This document shows positions 60,428-64,000 of a DNA stretch of 64,000 nucleotides, in pieces. Every line of letters begins with the position of its first letter. Position 1 is the stretch's first letter. The notes beneath the pieces were generated by a model. The model was given only the letters and a program-made list of their open reading frames with translations, made no database searches and was not told where the DNA came from. This DNA is from Eledone cirrhosa (lineage: Eukaryota), in contig OZ024747.1 in NCBI GenBank assembly GCA_964016885.1, forward strand, positions 8,680,001 through 8,744,000, read 5' to 3'. Both the position numbers and the translations under genes were made by a program.

Positions 60428-60862
60428 TAACCCTTTCATTAACATATTTTAGATGTAGGACATAACATATGATTTTTATAGAATTTTGAAAATAATCCAA
60501 GAATTTAGAAGGTTTTGGTATAATATAAGTTACTTTCTCATTATTAAGTTGGTGTTTGGAACATAACTTAACAAAGGTTCTTAAATAAAATTATAATGGG
60601 AAGCTTTAACCCTTTTATTGTCATATTCCTAATGAAAGACAATTATTTTAAAATAATTTTGAAAATAATCAAGAATTTTGAAAGATTTAATAATTTAACT
60701 TTCTCATTATTTAGTGTTATGTAAGAACAAAGGTTCTTACATAAAATGATGTCAAATTAATATGGCAGATTTCAGATAAATATAAACATTTTAAAATAAA
60801 GTTGTTATTTTTTTCTAATAGAGCCAGGGGTGGTTTTGGGTGGCTTAGTGTTAAAAGGGTTA
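60428..60862 (+). mobile_element. Two adjacent piggyBac-like MITE copies (60428-~60600 partial; 60606-60862 complete)
   Basis: ttaaccctt starts at 60428 and 60606; aaaagggttaa end at 60862. Confidence 0.6.
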
Positions 60863-61100
60863 AAGAAAGTGCATAAAAAATTATAAGAAAAAATGAATAA
60901 AAAACTTCTCTTTTACTGCGATTTAGCAAGTTAAAACTACTCAAGTTTTCTTTCTTTGTGTTCTCCCCATATAAGTTCTCTCTTCTGAATTCTGATACAT
61001 CTTCTTTATCTGTCTTTCAGCTTACCTCCTTATCTCTCTCTCTCCACATGTATATGTATGCATATATATATATATGTGTGTGTGTGGGCATAATTTTATC

Positions 61101-61168
<68 letters not shown>

Positions 61169-61559
61169 CATACAGAGGGGAAGAATTATATATACAGTAT
61201 ATATATCAAACTATCTATCTCGATAGATAGATATATATCAAACTATCTATCTATCTACCAATTTATCTGTCAATCTATCTGAAAAAGATAAAACCCTCTC
61301 AGTTCTTGTTTCTGTTTCTTTGTTTATATTCAACCCAAACAAGTTTGTTTTTCTCCTCGCTACTTTCTACATCTCCTTTCTTTGTCTTCCAACCTAACTC
61401 CTTATTTATTTATCTGTCTATCTACTCGTTTATCAATCCATCTATCTATCTGTCTGGTTATCTATCCACTTTATATATATATATATATATCATCATCATC
61501 ATCATCATCATCGTTTAACGTTCTATCTTCCATATATATATATATATCTTTTTGTCTGT

Positions 61560-61932
61560 CTTTTTCAAATACCACTTTGGAAGAAGAATCAGGATGGAGA
61601 GAGAGGTGCTGTACCCCAGCAAGTTTTATGAAAGGTGGGTGAAAGTGGCGAGAATGGCCCGAGTGAATGGGCCTTCTCTCTATATCAGCCTGTAGGTTGA
61701 GGAAAAGGAGGAGGAGAGGAAAGGAGTACAAGCTCTTCGTACTCCTGGAGATGAGGGTTGCACATTTTTTTCGGGGGTCTGTGTTACCCATATAAACTGT
61801 CTCCCTCTATTGGGGAAAATCGACTAACTTTTAAATTCCATCTGTGATAACATTTTACACGTTTTTATTGTATGTAAACTTCCCCCTTTGTATTTGTCCC
61901 CTTCTTTTGTGCCCCTGTGGCTAATAAAGAAA
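61560..61932 (+). mobile_element. 3' end of a Tx1/L1-like LINE (ORF end plus 3'UTR)
   Basis: Translates FFKYHFGRRIRMEREVLYPSKFYERWVKVARMARVNGPSLYISL*. The UTR ends in AATAAA followed by (TATC)n. Confidence 0.5.
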
Positions 61933-62152
61933 TATATCTATCCATTTATCTATCTATCTAACTATCTATCTACCTATTTACCTATCTCAAAATAAGTGTG
62001 TCTCCAGTTTAGAATAGATACCCTATCTTTGTGTGTCATAAGAAGTGACTAAAAGGGTTACTGTTAGGAAGGGCATCTGGTTGTAAAACCTTATAAAGTC
62101 CTGTCCAACCCATGCTAGCATGGAAAAGTCTTTGTAAAAACGATGGTGATGA

Positions 62153-62230
<78 letters not shown>

Positions 62231-62504
62231 TGTGTGTATCCAGTTTAGAATAGGGACGCTGTATACTTGTATGTTGCTAGGATGGGCATCTGACTATAAA
62301 ACATTGCCTGAAAATAGTCCCACCCAATTCATGCCAGCATGGAAAAGTCTATGTAAAAATGATGATGATGATGATGATGATACAGTCACCCGACCTAACT
62401 TGCCGCTGATGGGACAAACCCGTAGCATGGAAAATAGATGTTAAATGATGATGATAATAATGATAATGGAAACATATATATATGTGTGTGTATGTGTGTG
62501 TGTG

Positions 62505-64000
62505 TCCAGTTATCGCAGTCTATCTGTCTAAGTATCACAGTCTATCTGTCTAAGTATCATAGTCTATCTGTCTAGTTATCACAGTCTATCTGTCTAAGTA
62601 TCACTGTCTATCTGTCCAGTTATCACAGTCTATCTGTCCAGTTATCACAGTCTATCTGTCTAAGTATCACAGTCTATCTGTCTAGTTATCACAGTCTATC
62701 TGTCTAAGTATCACTGTCTATCTGTCTAGTTATCACAGTCTATCTGTCTAAGTATCACTGTCTATCTGTCTAAGTATCATAGTCTATCTGTCTAAGTATC
62801 ATAGTCTATCTGTCTAGTTATCACAGTCTATCTGTCTAAGTATCACTGTCTATCTGTCTAGTTATCACAGTCTATCTGTCTAAGTATCACAGTCTATCTG
62901 TCTAAGTATCACAGTCTATCTGTCTAGTTATCACAGTCTATCTGTCTAAGTATCACAGTCTATCTGTCTAAGTATCATAGTCTATCTGTCTAAGTATCAC
63001 AGTCTATCTGTCTAGTTATCACAGTCTATCTGTCTAAGTATCACTGTCTATCTGTCCAGTTATCACAGTCTATCTGTCCAGTTATCACAGTCTATCTAAG
63101 TATCACAGTCTATCTGTCCAGTTATCACAGTCTATCTGTCTAAGTATCACAGTCTATCTGTCTAGTTATCACAGTCTATCTGTCTAAGTATCACTGTCTA
63201 TCTGTCTAGTTATCGCAGTCTATCTGTCTAAGTATCACAGTCTATCTGTCTAAGTATCACTGTCTATCTGTCCAGTTATCACAGTCTATCTGTCCAGTTA
63301 TCACAGTCTATCTGTCTAAGTATCACAGTCTATCTGTCTAGTTATCACAGTCTATCTGTCTAAGTATCACTGTCTATCTGTCTAGTTATCACAGTCTATC
63401 TGTCTAAGTATCACAGTCTATCTGTCTAAGTATCATAGTCTATCTGTCTAGTTATCACAGTCTATCTGTCTAAGTATCACTGTCTATCTGTCTAGTTATC
63501 ACAGTCTATCTGTCTAAGTATCACGGTCTATCTGTCTAAGTATCACAGTCTATCTGTCTAGTTATCAGAGTCTATCTGTCTAAGTATCACAGTCTATCTG
63601 TCTAAGTATCATAGTCTATCTGTCTAAGTATCACAGTCTATCTGTCTAGTTATCACAGTCTATCTGTCTAAGTATCACTGTCTATCTGTCCAGTTATCAC
63701 AGTCTATCTGTCCAGTTATCACAGTCTATCTAAGTATCACAGTCTATCTAAGTATCACAGTCTATCTGTCCAGTTACCCCAGTCTATCTGTCTAGTTATC
63801 ACAGTCTATCTGTCTAAGTATCACAGTCTATCTGTCTAAGTATCACAGTCTATCTCTCCAGTTATCGCAGTCTATCTGTCTAAGTATCACAGTCTATCTG
63901 TCTAAGTATCACAGTCTATCTGTCCAGTTATCACAGTCTATCTGCCCAGTTATCACAGTCTATCTGTCTAAGTATCACAGTCTATCTGTCTAAGTATCAC
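62505..64000. repeat. 22-bp minisatellite (tatcacagtctatctgtctaag), runs off the window end
   Basis: Period 22 (62521/62543). Confidence 0.97.

Overview
AT-rich, repeat-dominated animal genomic DNA. The protocadherin type and the SINE/RTE repeat landscape suggest a coleoid cephalopod, probably Octopus (inference). The only convincing protein-coding gene is a minus-strand protocadherin. One large exon (ATG 39924; signal peptide, 6 cadherin repeats, TM) has a phase-0 GTAAGT donor at 37554. It can splice in frame across a ~35 kb intron to a 136-nt exon (2193-2058, ...HYEEIP) and then a terminal exon (1229-1201, VEENNVYKF*), giving about 844 aa. All other long ORFs in the track are translations of micro- and minisatellites. 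The rest is tRNA-derived SINEs, RTE and Tx1-like LINE ends, mariner- and piggyBac-type MITEs and many tandem arrays, several of which start visibly inside or at the tail of a transposon. The most unusual signal is three sequence-unrelated 300-400 bp fold-back palindromes (148-451, 40702-41101, 44057-44430) in or next to microsatellites. Each carries a minimal hammerhead-ribozyme-like core followed by AATAAA, resembling inverted Penelope-like element termini, and they flank the protocadherin coding region. All family assignments are by eye; no database was searched.
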